A DNA stretch of 32,000 nt from Candidatus Saccharimonas aalborgensis (GCF_000392435.1 NC_021219.1:960001-992000), one strand, 5' to 3'. Positions 10,151 through 18,175 are shown, counted from the stretch's first letter. Notes: generated from the sequence alone by a model not told the origin. Program-made: numbers and translations.

Positions 10151-10578
10151 CTAGAGAGGTATGTCGCTAGCAGAAAAAACTGCCTGACGCGTGATATTGT
10201 CGAGGTTTAGTTTTGTGAGATCGCGGGGGCTCACCCACTGAAATGCAGAATGTTCTTCACTCAGAGTTAGAACGAACCGTGCGGTGGTAAGCCGATACGT
10301 GAGACGAACAACATGGATATCTCTCTTGGTAACGAAAATATCCTGCGCGGCGATTAGCAATGGTATTTCGTCTGGTACTACTCCAATTTCTCGTGTAACT
10401 CTCTTTTGAGCGCTGTCTCGAGCGATTCGTCCACGTTGATCCGGCCCCCAGGAATATCCCATGTCTCGGCAATATCATGCTGATCGCTTTTTGCGCGTTG
10501 AAGAACCAGCGTATTGCCAGATTCGTCGGTTATAATAACTTTGACGCCAATTTGGAGTTGCATAGTAGCCCTGTTCAC
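10151..10578 (-). pseudogene. Nudix hydrolase interrupted by a 1-nt frameshift inside the Nudix box
   Basis: Two track ORFs, 10378-10578 and 10151-10462. Frame 1 reads GGRINVDESLETALKRE and stops. The -1 frame continues VTREIGVVPDE. Joined they give GX5EX7REVxREIGV. The total span of 428 nt is not a multiple of 3. Confidence 0.7.
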
Positions 10579-11069
10579 CGGTAATTTGTAAATACTAAGG
10601 GAAAATCAAAGTCGGCTGCGCGGAGTGTTGACATGACAGCTTGCAATTCATCTTTGCTTGCACTCGTACAGCGTACCGCCGGCCCCTGTATCTGCGTCCT
10701 AACTTTTGGGTGAGAGTCTTTGAGCAATTTTGTGATCTTTTTGGCATCATCTTGGCTCAGCCCATCGCGAAACAGTACATCTTTCCAAGCTCGTAAGTTT
10801 GCTTCAGTTACCTTGCCGCTGAGGTCGAGGACTTTGCTGGTCATTACGCGCTTGGCAAGCTGTTTACCGATCATATCAATGATCGTCTCGAGCTGCCACT
10901 CGTTGCTTCCTATGACCTTGAAGCCCTTTTTGTCAGTCAGCCACTCCACGGCAGCTGGTGTACCCTTAAAATCATATCGACTAGAAATCTCTCTCATGAC
11001 AAGTTGCTCGACATTGTTCATCTCGGCTTTATCGTACGTGGATTCGATATCAAAACTATAGTTCGCCAT
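10575..11069 (-). CDS. yajQ: YajQ-family nucleotide-binding protein (UPF0234)
   Basis: 164 aa. SFDIESTYDKAEMNNVEQLVMREISSRYDFKG ... IQGPAVRCTSASKDELQAV ... FTNYR follows the YajQ pattern along the full length. Confidence 0.85.
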   Translation of the reverse strand: MANYSFDIESTYDKAEMNNVEQLVMREISSRYDFKGTPAAVEWLTDKKGFKVIGSNEWQLETIIDMIGKQLAKRVMTSKVLDLSGKVTEANLRAWKDVLFRDGLSQDDAKKITKLLKDSHPKVRTQIQGPAVRCTSASKDELQAVMSTLRAADFDFPLVFTNYR

Positions 11070-11156
11070 TGATCCGCCTTATTCCTGCATACATTTGCAA
11101 CTCCAAATACCTATACCACGATAATATCATATGCGATGGTTTAAGCAGCAACTACT

Positions 11157-11567
11157 TTAGTCTGCCGACAATCGTGAGCAACCGTTTGTGTTGTCACTCC
11201 GCATTGCTTTTTCAATTGGTATCATTCTGCAGTGAATTTTCTCCATGCCGAGTAGTTTTGCTTTGCACATCCTGTGAAGTCCATCAAATGGTACTAGCTT
11301 ATTGACGCGTGGGTTTAGCCCCAGGTCGATTGGGTATGACAGATCAGCAGTTTCTATTCTTTTGAAATGGTCGGGGTCGAGCTCGGGATTAGCCATGACT
11401 TCGTTTGGCGTTAGCGGATGCTCATCAGTGCCAAACCAATCAACGTCCAACAGCCATTCAATTTGCGATAGTTCAATGTCTGTGACAGGAGCATCTATCT
11501 TCCAGATGGCCTTTTCGTTCCACTCAAACGGAAAGAAGTAGTCTTCTTGTTTTAATTTTGGCTTCAT
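11157..11567 (-). CDS. hypothetical protein with possible ParB/Srx-like motif
   Basis: 136 aa. LSYPIDL...LVPFDGLHRMCKAKLLGMEKIHCRMIP resembles the DGxHR core of ParB-like domains. Assignment is tentative. Confidence 0.4.
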   Translation of the reverse strand: MKPKLKQEDYFFPFEWNEKAIWKIDAPVTDIELSQIEWLLDVDWFGTDEHPLTPNEVMANPELDPDHFKRIETADLSYPIDLGLNPRVNKLVPFDGLHRMCKAKLLGMEKIHCRMIPIEKAMRSDNTNGCSRLSAD

Positions 11568-11606
11568 ACGCGCTAACCCGTTTCTTAATATGTGGGAAAT
11601 TCAATC

Positions 11607-11682
11607 TGGAGCCACGACTGGGATTTGAACCCAGGACCCCGTCCTTACCATGGACGTGCTCTACCAACTGAGCTATCGCGGC
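11607..11682 (-). tRNA. tRNA-Thr (anticodon GGU), CCA encoded
   Basis: Hand fold. Acceptor gccgcga/tcgtggc, anticodon arm cgtcc-ATGGTAA-ggacg, T arm ctggg-ttcaaat-cccag. Confidence 0.9.
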
Positions 11683-11806
11683 ATATTATTTGTCCTAAAA
11701 AAGTGTACCACTTATAGAGAGAAAGTTCCAGTATTGCTCGACTCTAGTTTGCATAATCTTGCGTTTCCAAGACACTTGTTTCGAATGCGCGGTACACCGT
11801 GGGGAG

Positions 11807-12460
11807 CTATTGACCGATAATACTAACTGATCGAGCAATGATAAGCGCCAGTGTCGTAACCGAGATGAGAGCTTGTGCACTCATAAGCAGTTTGGCTTGT
11901 CGGGTCATTGGTACCGTATCGGCAGAAGCAAAGTTGATGGCATTGGTTACAGATATGTAAAGATAATCTATAAACTGGGGGCGCCATGCTTGAAATATGT
12001 GTGAGTGTATCTGCTGCGGGAACAAAAAATCTTTGTCGTACCGCGACCATCGTTTACCTGAGAACCCGGGGCTATCTATCTCCCAATACCATAACGCAAA
12101 GACAATAATATTTGTCAAAAATATCGCGATTGCCGTACCGAGCAAACGATAGCCGACTAACCCAGAGTTAGTCACGAGTAGATGCAATATTGTGGCGATA
12201 GAACTGACATTTTCAACTGAAATCAGCCCGAGAAGTATAAACGATACTATTCGGTAGGGAGCCGTGGTTAGGAGAGATGGGCGGAAGATAGTGAGTGACA
12301 TCAGGGCGATGAACGTCAACTCAGTTAGCATGATGAGTGTATGAGGACTGTAAGCAGTATTACCATTCATAATCCAGATTGAGGACTGCAACCCAAGAGC
12401 CGCAACAAGGGCGCCAAATGCTACAAGTAGTTCAGGACGGGAAATATGAGGCACGGTCAT
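11807..12460 (-). CDS. integral membrane protein (DUF1345-like, about 6 TM)
   Basis: 217 aa with hydrophobic segments throughout. C-terminal YISVTNAINFASADTVPMT resembles a pore-loop/DUF1345 motif. Confidence 0.6.
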   Translation of the reverse strand: MTVPHISRPELLVAFGALVAALGLQSSIWIMNGNTAYSPHTLIMLTELTFIALMSLTIFRPSLLTTAPYRIVSFILLGLISVENVSSIATILHLLVTNSGLVGYRLLGTAIAIFLTNIIVFALWYWEIDSPGFSGKRWSRYDKDFLFPQQIHSHIFQAWRPQFIDYLYISVTNAINFASADTVPMTRQAKLLMSAQALISVTTLALIIARSVSIIGQ

Positions 12461-12466
12461 AATGCT

Positions 12467-12475
12467 AGTATAGCA
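12467..12475 (-). promoter_or_regulatory. extended -10 element placing the TSS at the ATG (possible leaderless mRNA)
   Basis: The - strand reads TGcTATACT, then agcatt, then ATG (12460). There are only 6 nt between the -10 and the start codon and no SD. Confidence 0.3.
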
Positions 12476-12525
12476 CTCGGTGCCTCTCTTCGCCGTACCA
12501 ATGGTTTGAGTTTTACTTCGCGGCT

Positions 12526-12565
12526 AAAATAGTAGCCCTATCCATGAGGGATAAGGCTACTATTT
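12526..12565 (-). terminator. intrinsic terminator directly after tRNA-Tyr
   Basis: A 17-21 bp hairpin (aaaatagtagcc-ctatcc / ggataa-ggctactatttt). The single non-Watson-Crick pair is G-U only on the - strand RNA. Followed by UUUU. Confidence 0.6.
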
Positions 12566-12650
12566 TGGTACCGGAGGTAGGACTCGAACCTACGAAGGCT
12601 TGCGCCGAGAGATTTACAGTCTCTTGTCATTGCCGCTAGACGACTCCGGC
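12566..12650 (-). tRNA. tRNA-Tyr (anticodon GUA), long variable arm, CCA encoded
   Basis: Hand fold. Anticodon arm agaga-CTGTAAA-tctct, variable arm cggcgcaagccttc, T arm gtagg-ttcgagt-cctac, G1-U72 in the acceptor. Confidence 0.85.
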
Positions 12651-12665
12651 ATGCCGCTGTCGCTC

Positions 12666-12737
12666 ATGAGACAAACCGGAGGTTTTTCTCATCGCGCCGG
12701 GCGCGAAATAAATTCGCGTCTCGGGCTGCTCTTTTCC
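12666..12737 (-). repeat. copy 1 of a ~73-nt structured intergenic element (tRNA-Thr/tRNA-Tyr spacer)
   Basis: Shares atgagacaaa..ggtttttctcatcgcgc and ggctgctcttttcc with 27205-27278. The internal hairpin has a different stem sequence but a near-identical loop. Confidence 0.7.
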
Positions 12738-12774
12738 TAAATGCACACGCAACGCATAGGTTATGTGCACATCA

Positions 12775-12851
12775 TGGAGCCGCTTCTCGGACTTGAACCG
12801 AGGACCTACTGTTTACAAAACAGTTGCTCTAACCAACTGAGCTAAAGCGGC
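12775..12851 (-). tRNA. tRNA-Thr (anticodon UGU), CCA encoded
   Basis: Hand fold. Acceptor gccgctt/aagcggc, anticodon arm actgt-TTTGTAA-acagt, T arm ctcgg-ttcaagt-ccgag. Confidence 0.9.
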
Positions 12852-12860
12852 ACATACACC

Positions 12861-12890
12861 ATTTTACCAGAGGTTAGTAGTGTAAATCAA
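12861..12890 (-). promoter_or_regulatory. promoter of the tRNA-Thr/tRNA-Tyr unit
   Basis: The - strand reads TTGATT (12890-12885), 18-nt spacer, TAAAAT (12866-12861). The tRNA 5' end lies 9 nt downstream. Confidence 0.55.
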
Positions 12891-12911
12891 CAAAACCATT
12901 GTCAGTTATGA

Positions 12912-13568
12912 TCACATCACCACTTTTCGTACTTGCTGTACTGATTTTGCAGGTGGGTTTTTGCTTGCAATGGCTTTTTGGATTTTATCACGTAGTTCAA
13001 CTGACTTTTCGGTTTCACCTAAGCGATCGTAGGCATCTGCAAGGATATGGTATGACTGAATACTGGGTTCAATATCCGCTGCGCGTTCAAGCGACTCGAT
13101 CATTTTTTTATCATTCCCCAGCTTCTCCTGTACTTTCGCGTAGGCGATATAACGTGAGGCTAGACTATCCTCCATAGCCAGCGCTTGCTCAAAGGCAAGT
13201 GCCGCCTTGTCGTAGTGTGCTGTTTCGTAGTATATCAAGCCAACATTATGCAGGCTGCTTGCACTTGGCTCGAGACTTTGTGCGATCTCAAAACATTCGA
13301 TCGCATCGGAATACGCTTGCTGTTTGGCGTAGAGGATGCCGAGACGGTTGTAGGCGGTGGCATTTCGTTCGTCGACACGTAAAATAGTCAACAACGCTTT
13401 TTCGGCTCTAAGATATTTTCGCTCCTTTAGTGATTCCTGCGCGATGTCCCACAGCCGTTCAAGTTTAATAGACAACTTTTGAGGGATGTCCGCTGCTGCC
13501 TCTATAACAGTTTGCTGGCGAGACACAGTCCAGATTCCGAGGATAAGTATAAGAAGTAGCCCTAGCAT
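12912..13568 (-). CDS. membrane-anchored TPR-repeat protein
   Basis: 218 aa. N-terminal TM segment MLGLLLILILGIWTV. Repeated TPR-like units (AYNRLGILYAKQQAYSDAIECFEIAQSLEP, etc.). Confidence 0.7.
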   Translation of the reverse strand: MLGLLLILILGIWTVSRQQTVIEAAADIPQKLSIKLERLWDIAQESLKERKYLRAEKALLTILRVDERNATAYNRLGILYAKQQAYSDAIECFEIAQSLEPSASSLHNVGLIYYETAHYDKAALAFEQALAMEDSLASRYIAYAKVQEKLGNDKKMIESLERAADIEPSIQSYHILADAYDRLGETEKSVELRDKIQKAIASKNPPAKSVQQVRKVVM

Positions 13569-13580
13569 ATCTTACATGTA

Positions 13581-14411
13581 TTATACCACGAGTGAGAGGA
13601 GGTGGATACGGACGTTCCCGTTGGCGGAGATGGCACTATGCGCGGCAGCATACTGCTCGCAGCGCTCGATCAGTTCTTTTGTAGGTGCCGATGACAACGA
13701 TCGTTTCATGATGATAAGTGCGCTTTGGAGCAGAGTGAGGGCTGCAGTTCTATCGGTCGCATAATTATGGATCAACACTACTTTTTCGTACGCAGACCCC
13801 TGTAATAGTATACGGGCATCACCTATATTTTTTGCTTGAACAGAAAAGTACGCCGTATCCTCGACAAGCCTGGTGAGTTCACCTGGAAGACCCTCGGCCA
13901 AAAAAAGCATTTTCTGTATTGTCGACTCGTCTGTTATACCGAGAGAATTCAACAGCTGACGCGACTGAGTGCGGTCAATGGGTAGTACTGTTACCTGTTG
14001 GACGCGTGACAAAACTGTGGCAAGTAACAGCTGAGGCTTGTGTGCGAGCAAGATGAACTTGATGTGCTCGTTTGGTTCCTCAAGTAGTTTTAGGAAGGCA
14101 TTTTGCGCAGAATGGTTCATTGTATCAGCTTGATCAAGTATATATACCTGGTCATGGGGCGCGATGGTGCGTGTTTGACGATAGAGCTCGCGAATTTGTT
14201 CGACGCGAATGACACCTTTTTCGTTGTCAGGTTGACCGTCGACTGTGGTCGGTGAGATGACACCCGCAATAGCTGTACCGGCGATGCCTCGGGCGGCCGT
14301 CATAAGGCCTACTCCTGTTGGGCCCACCAGGAGGAGCCCATGAGGAGTGGTTTGCTTTAGGCGGCGAATTGCCGCCACTGTCGCGCTATTATAGACGTGA
14401 TGAGAGCTCAT
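13581..14411 (-). CDS. holB: DNA polymerase III delta-prime-like clamp-loader subunit
   Basis: 276 aa. LLLVGPTGVGLMTAAR (degenerate P-loop), ILDQADTMNHSAQNAFLKLLEEP and LLATVLSRV follow the delta-prime/AAA+ clamp-loader pattern. Confidence 0.6.
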   Translation of the reverse strand: MSSHHVYNSATVAAIRRLKQTTPHGLLLVGPTGVGLMTAARGIAGTAIAGVISPTTVDGQPDNEKGVIRVEQIRELYRQTRTIAPHDQVYILDQADTMNHSAQNAFLKLLEEPNEHIKFILLAHKPQLLLATVLSRVQQVTVLPIDRTQSRQLLNSLGITDESTIQKMLFLAEGLPGELTRLVEDTAYFSVQAKNIGDARILLQGSAYEKVVLIHNYATDRTAALTLLQSALIIMKRSLSSAPTKELIERCEQYAAAHSAISANGNVRIHLLSLVV

Positions 14412-15570
14412 GAGGTATCTCTGGAAATAGTTGTATAAACTCGTCAGGAATTGGTGCGGTGAATGTTTGCCGGGTACTCGCCCTTGGCGTAATCTCTAGC
14501 TGATACGCGTGCAAAAAGAGGCGGGTGTTTGATTTGCCATATATCCTATCGCCATGGATGGGTGTTCCTAGATGAGCCATATGGACGCGCAACTGGTGGG
14601 TACGTCCCGTGCTCGGATGGAGTAGTACTAGAGACTTTCCTGCTTTCGTTGCGATAACCTCATAGTCAGTACGTGCAGGTTTGCCATTGGGATCAACCCG
14701 AAAGGTGCTGGGGCTCGAAGGATTACGGCCGATCGGAAGATCAATAGTAGCCTTGGGATGCTTCGGTACTCCGTCCACAATAGCCAAGTAGTGCTTGTTT
14801 GCTTTTCTGTCAGAAAACTGACGCTTGAGACGCTGAAACGACTCTAGTGTCCTTGCGCCAACAATAATGCCACTTGTGTCTCTGTCGAGCCGATGGACGA
14901 TACCGGGTCGATTTGTCTCGAGTCCAACTGAGCTATATCGACGGAAAAAGTCAGCAACAGTAAACTCGTCAGACAGTGCACCCTTGGCGTGGGTGAGCAC
15001 GCCTGAAGGCTTGTTGACGACAATGATACCATCGTCGATATACATGATAGGAAGTTCTCGAGCACTGAAGTCGCTCGCTTCAGGAAGAGACACGGCGATG
15101 TAATCTGCTTCACTCACCTCTTGACGCACATTTTTTGCTGGTATTGAGTTGACAGTGACTGCACCGGCCTTGATATGTTTCTGCCAGGTACTTCGACTCG
15201 TGTCTGGGAAGCGTTCAGCGAGGATGATGTCGAGACGTTTCTTATCGCTTTCTTGACGAAACAAATAGACGTCTTTGCCCTTAAATGGCAACCCAAACGT
15301 TGTCAGCTCGCTCACGGCATTTTCAAGTAGCTGACCCTGAATGTTGCTATCCACGATTTTGATCTGATCTACGACGTATTGCTCGTTATCCTCGGCCGTG
15401 TCATCAAACAACACATAGTAGCGAGTTTTTGCGAAACGAAACGAAACAAGCTGGTTTATCGGACGAGGATGGTTTGACCGAAGTTGATCGATTTCTCGTG
15501 GTACGTTCGTCTCACCTGCAATATTAAACCGACGCAAAATTGCTAAGAGGTCTGATGAAGTTACCTTCAT
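14389..15570 (-). CDS. RluA-family pseudouridine synthase (RluD-like) with ~110-aa N-terminal extension
   Basis: 393 aa. S4-like segment RLDIILAERF...AGAVTVN and catalytic motif HRLDRDTSGIIV. Confidence 0.8.
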   Translation of the reverse strand: MKVTSSDLLAILRRFNIAGETNVPREIDQLRSNHPRPINQLVSFRFAKTRYYVLFDDTAEDNEQYVVDQIKIVDSNIQGQLLENAVSELTTFGLPFKGKDVYLFRQESDKKRLDIILAERFPDTSRSTWQKHIKAGAVTVNSIPAKNVRQEVSEADYIAVSLPEASDFSARELPIMYIDDGIIVVNKPSGVLTHAKGALSDEFTVADFFRRYSSVGLETNRPGIVHRLDRDTSGIIVGARTLESFQRLKRQFSDRKANKHYLAIVDGVPKHPKATIDLPIGRNPSSPSTFRVDPNGKPARTDYEVIATKAGKSLVLLHPSTGRTHQLRVHMAHLGTPIHGDRIYGKSNTRLFLHAYQLEITPRASTRQTFTAPIPDEFIQLFPEIPHELSSRL

Positions 15571-16601
15571 TATGCTCTCAAGCCTATGGCTCGCTGAACA
15601 CGGAGTAGCGTGCTATTTGCAACGTCATTCATAGCTGCCTCGCTGGTTTCTAGCTTGTGGAGGATCAGCTGGTCGTCAACGCTCTGTAAGCGTTCCTGAA
15701 AACTGCGGAGGAATTCTGCCATTTCATCTGCCACAACTTGCTTGAAGTCCCCGTATCGCTGGCTCCCCTTGAACTCGGCTTCTACTTCTAGGGGTGATGT
15801 ATTACGGAGAAGGGCCAGGATGTCGATCAAGTTTGCAATCCCTGGTTGGTTGACTTTGTCGTACTGAATATTGGCCTTATCATCAGTGGTGGCGCCCATG
15901 ATTTTTTTACGCGCAACCTCAGGATCATCACTGAGAAAGATCACGCCCTTGCCTGTTTCGTCGCTTTTGCTCATTTTTTTGCTCGGATCGAGCAGGTCTT
16001 TAATACGCAACCCCTGATCTTTACCAAAGAACGCGTGCTGTCGAACAACAGGCTCGGGTACCGTAAATACTTCACCAAAGCGATTGTTCATACGCTCGGC
16101 GATATCACGGGTAAACTCAAGATGTTGGGTTTGGTCATCACCAACGGGCACATAGGCGGCATTGTAAAGCAAAATATCGCACGCCATAAGTACTGGATAA
16201 TTAAATAATCCTACACTTACCTGATCTTCACCTGACTTGTATGATTTTTCTTTGTATTGGATCATGCGACCCATCTCACCCATGCCAGTGAAGCAGTCTG
16301 CTATCCATGTCAACTCACTGTGAGCTGGCACATAGCTCTGACGATACAGGTGGATCGCATCATTATCGAGTGGTAGTCCGGCTGCGACAAACACACGGGC
16401 GTTATTCATGATGCTTTCATTGAGAGTCGAGTGGTCTATTGGGGTTGTGAAACTATGAAGATCGGGGATAAAAAGATTGATATCAAACTCGTCTGAACGA
16501 GTCTTTGCCATATCGATGATCGGGAGCATCGCTCCGAAATAGTTGCCGATGTGGAGGTCGTTGTTGGCACGAATACCAGTGAGAATAACTTGCTTTGTCA
16601 T
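15570..16601 (-). CDS. trpS: tryptophan--tRNA ligase
   Basis: 343 aa. Class I signatures: HIGH-like TGIRANNDLHIGNYFG, and KMSKS. Overall TrpRS-like length and motifs (GDDQTQHLE). Confidence 0.9.
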   Translation of the reverse strand: MTKQVILTGIRANNDLHIGNYFGAMLPIIDMAKTRSDEFDINLFIPDLHSFTTPIDHSTLNESIMNNARVFVAAGLPLDNDAIHLYRQSYVPAHSELTWIADCFTGMGEMGRMIQYKEKSYKSGEDQVSVGLFNYPVLMACDILLYNAAYVPVGDDQTQHLEFTRDIAERMNNRFGEVFTVPEPVVRQHAFFGKDQGLRIKDLLDPSKKMSKSDETGKGVIFLSDDPEVARKKIMGATTDDKANIQYDKVNQPGIANLIDILALLRNTSPLEVEAEFKGSQRYGDFKQVVADEMAEFLRSFQERLQSVDDQLILHKLETSEAAMNDVANSTLLRVQRAIGLRA

Positions 16602-16618
16602 ATGTTACTCCTATTGTA

Positions 16619-17332
16619 TCACTTATCGATTGTTATTTTCTCTGGCGCAGAGGCCTTAAAACCCAGATAGTTGGTCTGTTTTTTATAAGAATTCTCGCCA
16701 GTCATGATGGGGACAAATCCGAGCTTTTTGTTCATCTTGAAGTTAACGAACCCATCGGCTTCTCTAGTCGTGACGTCCTTTTTGTAGATCTTGTCGACCA
16801 TATGGTAGACATCCTTTGTGACAGCACCTCGAGTGCCTCGGACAAAACGACGCAAATCATTAGTGATATGGTTTAGGAGTTCGAGCGTAATATGATCGTT
16901 TGGCACCTCGTAGCCGACGACATTGGTTACTGCGGAGGCAATATCGTTAAGGGACTTTACTTCGAGGACCGTCTTGATGTGGCTGGCTCTGAGGAAGCGT
17001 CGAAGCGCAGTGTCCTCAAGATTACCGACAATAAGACAGTTCGGCTGCTTGCATGTCGTTGTATGCATATCGAGAATGATATCAGGCTTAGTGGTATCGA
17101 TATAGCGTAGTATCTCTCTCGCGCGCTGCTCCTCGTAGCGCGCGCCGTTACTTTGATAGCTTCGGTTGAGGTCGGACTGAATATAGCGCTTGTGTGCGGC
17201 ATAGGCGCGCGGGTTACCGATCACAAAGTCGATTGATTCAAGGAGCGCTGAATGTTGCGCAAGCAAGAATTGATATAGTTTGATACCAAGTAACTCGTTA
17301 CCGTGTGTGGCTGCAATTATCAGTAACTTCAT
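16619..17332 (-). CDS. succinylglutamate desuccinylase/aspartoacylase (AstE/AspA) family zinc hydrolase
   Basis: 237 aa. IIAATHGNELLG, GNPRAY...SDLNRSY and ILDMHTTT match the family's metal and substrate motifs. Confidence 0.65.
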   Translation of the reverse strand: MKLLIIAATHGNELLGIKLYQFLLAQHSALLESIDFVIGNPRAYAAHKRYIQSDLNRSYQSNGARYEEQRAREILRYIDTTKPDIILDMHTTTCKQPNCLIVGNLEDTALRRFLRASHIKTVLEVKSLNDIASAVTNVVGYEVPNDHITLELLNHITNDLRRFVRGTRGAVTKDVYHMVDKIYKKDVTTREADGFVNFKMNKKLGFVPIMTGENSYKKQTNYLGFKASAPEKITIDK

Positions 17333-17953
17333 CTCTCATACTCCTCTTTGACCCGAGCAGCCACTACGAGCGCATGACGCACGCTCTGGAGTGCTGGGAA
17401 TTGTTCTTTTAATGGTACTCCACCTTTTGTCGCGGGTCTATCTGCAGGATCATTGCCTTGAAACAACCCTGCTTCGCTATATCGGTTCATATGATATGTT
17501 ACATTGCCTCGTAGCGATGCGTGGGGTTGAGCCGCGGCAAGTGCCATCAATTCATGATCATCATCGAGCGGCGCAAGTGATGAGGTCACATGACGCATCA
17601 TACGCAGTATCGCGGGGTTTCGCGTGTAGGTTGTCAGATAGAGTGGTTTTTCATTTGCAACGAGTCGTGTTAGTAAGTCAGTTGCAATCCCGAGTCCTTG
17701 ATACTCTGGGTGAACAACTCGCCCCGCAAGCTCAATCGCTTTACCGCCAAAGATGTCTCCGGGCCATCGAAAATGCGATGAGCTGGTTTGAGTCATATAG
17801 TGTGGCGATAAAATCAGACGAATAGATATGACTAATAGTGTCTTTAAGCATCGCGGGAGTATCACCTTGACCAAAGCCCCGACCCGCCAAGTGTGCAATA
17901 GCAACATGTTCTTTATCTGATAATTGATTCGAGTTTTTTTGTACGTATTCCAT
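17329..17953 (-). pseudogene. GNAT acetyltransferase split by a frameshift
   Basis: The N-terminal half is ORF 17741-17953 (...NQLIAFSMARR). The acetyl-CoA motif half, GKAIELAGRVVHPEYQGLGIATDLL, lies in the next frame within ORF 17329-17907. The frames can be joined at the GGG/CCC run at 17761-17763. Confidence 0.65.
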
Positions 17954-17979
17954 GATAGTTTATTCCTTTCATACCGATT

Positions 17980-18000
17980 AAAAAAGTCGCCAGTGGCGAC
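17980..18000 (-). terminator. intrinsic terminator in the leader of the GNAT operon (attenuator)
   Basis: The - strand reads GTCGCC-ACT-GGCGAC followed by TTTTTT. The downstream ATG (17953) follows 26 nt after the T-run. Confidence 0.6.
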
Positions 18001-18024
18001 CTACAATTTTTTTGAAATAATTAA

Positions 18025-18084
18025 CTAGAGATCGCCACGTGAAGTGTCGATATACCAATATGAGCTGTTAGTAATATGACTCAT
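18025..18084 (-). promoter_or_regulatory. candidate 19-codon leader ORF (MSHITNSSYWYIDTSRGDL)
   Basis: The ATG lies 6 nt after the -10 hexamer, so it would be leaderless. The last codons cover GTGGCGA, which can pair with the terminator 5' arm. Confidence 0.25.
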
Positions 18085-18090
18085 ACTTTC

Positions 18091-18119
18091 ATTATACTAC
18101 TTCATTAAGCTTGTGTCAA
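18091..18119 (-). promoter_or_regulatory. consensus sigma70 promoter
   Basis: The - strand reads TTGACA (18119-18114), 17-nt spacer, TATAAT (18096-18091). Both hexamers match consensus exactly. Confidence 0.65.
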
Positions 18120-18129
18120 TAGCCACCAA

Positions 18130-18158
18130 AGAACCACCCTCAGAGGTGGTTCTTTTTT
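18130..18158 (-). terminator. hairpin terminator after rpsI (bidirectional shape)
   Basis: agaaccacc-ctcaga-ggtggttct, a 9-bp stem. Flanked by an A-run and a T-run, 18 nt downstream of the rpsI stop. The U-tail on the - strand is short (UUUGG). Confidence 0.5.
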
Positions 18159-18175
18159 GATAAAACAAGAGACTA

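Noticed and set aside
12666-12737. The repeated element as a tRNA-like gene or an 18-codon sORF (MRKTSGLSHERQRHAGVV / MRKTVDLSHTQTGKAGKK)
   Set aside because: There is no T arm or acceptor pairing, and the 7-nt loop reading (ATTTAYT) lacks a purine at position 37. The sORF in copy 1 runs into tRNA-Tyr and has no SD. Only MRKT and LSH are shared between copies, and the hairpin covers the ATG.
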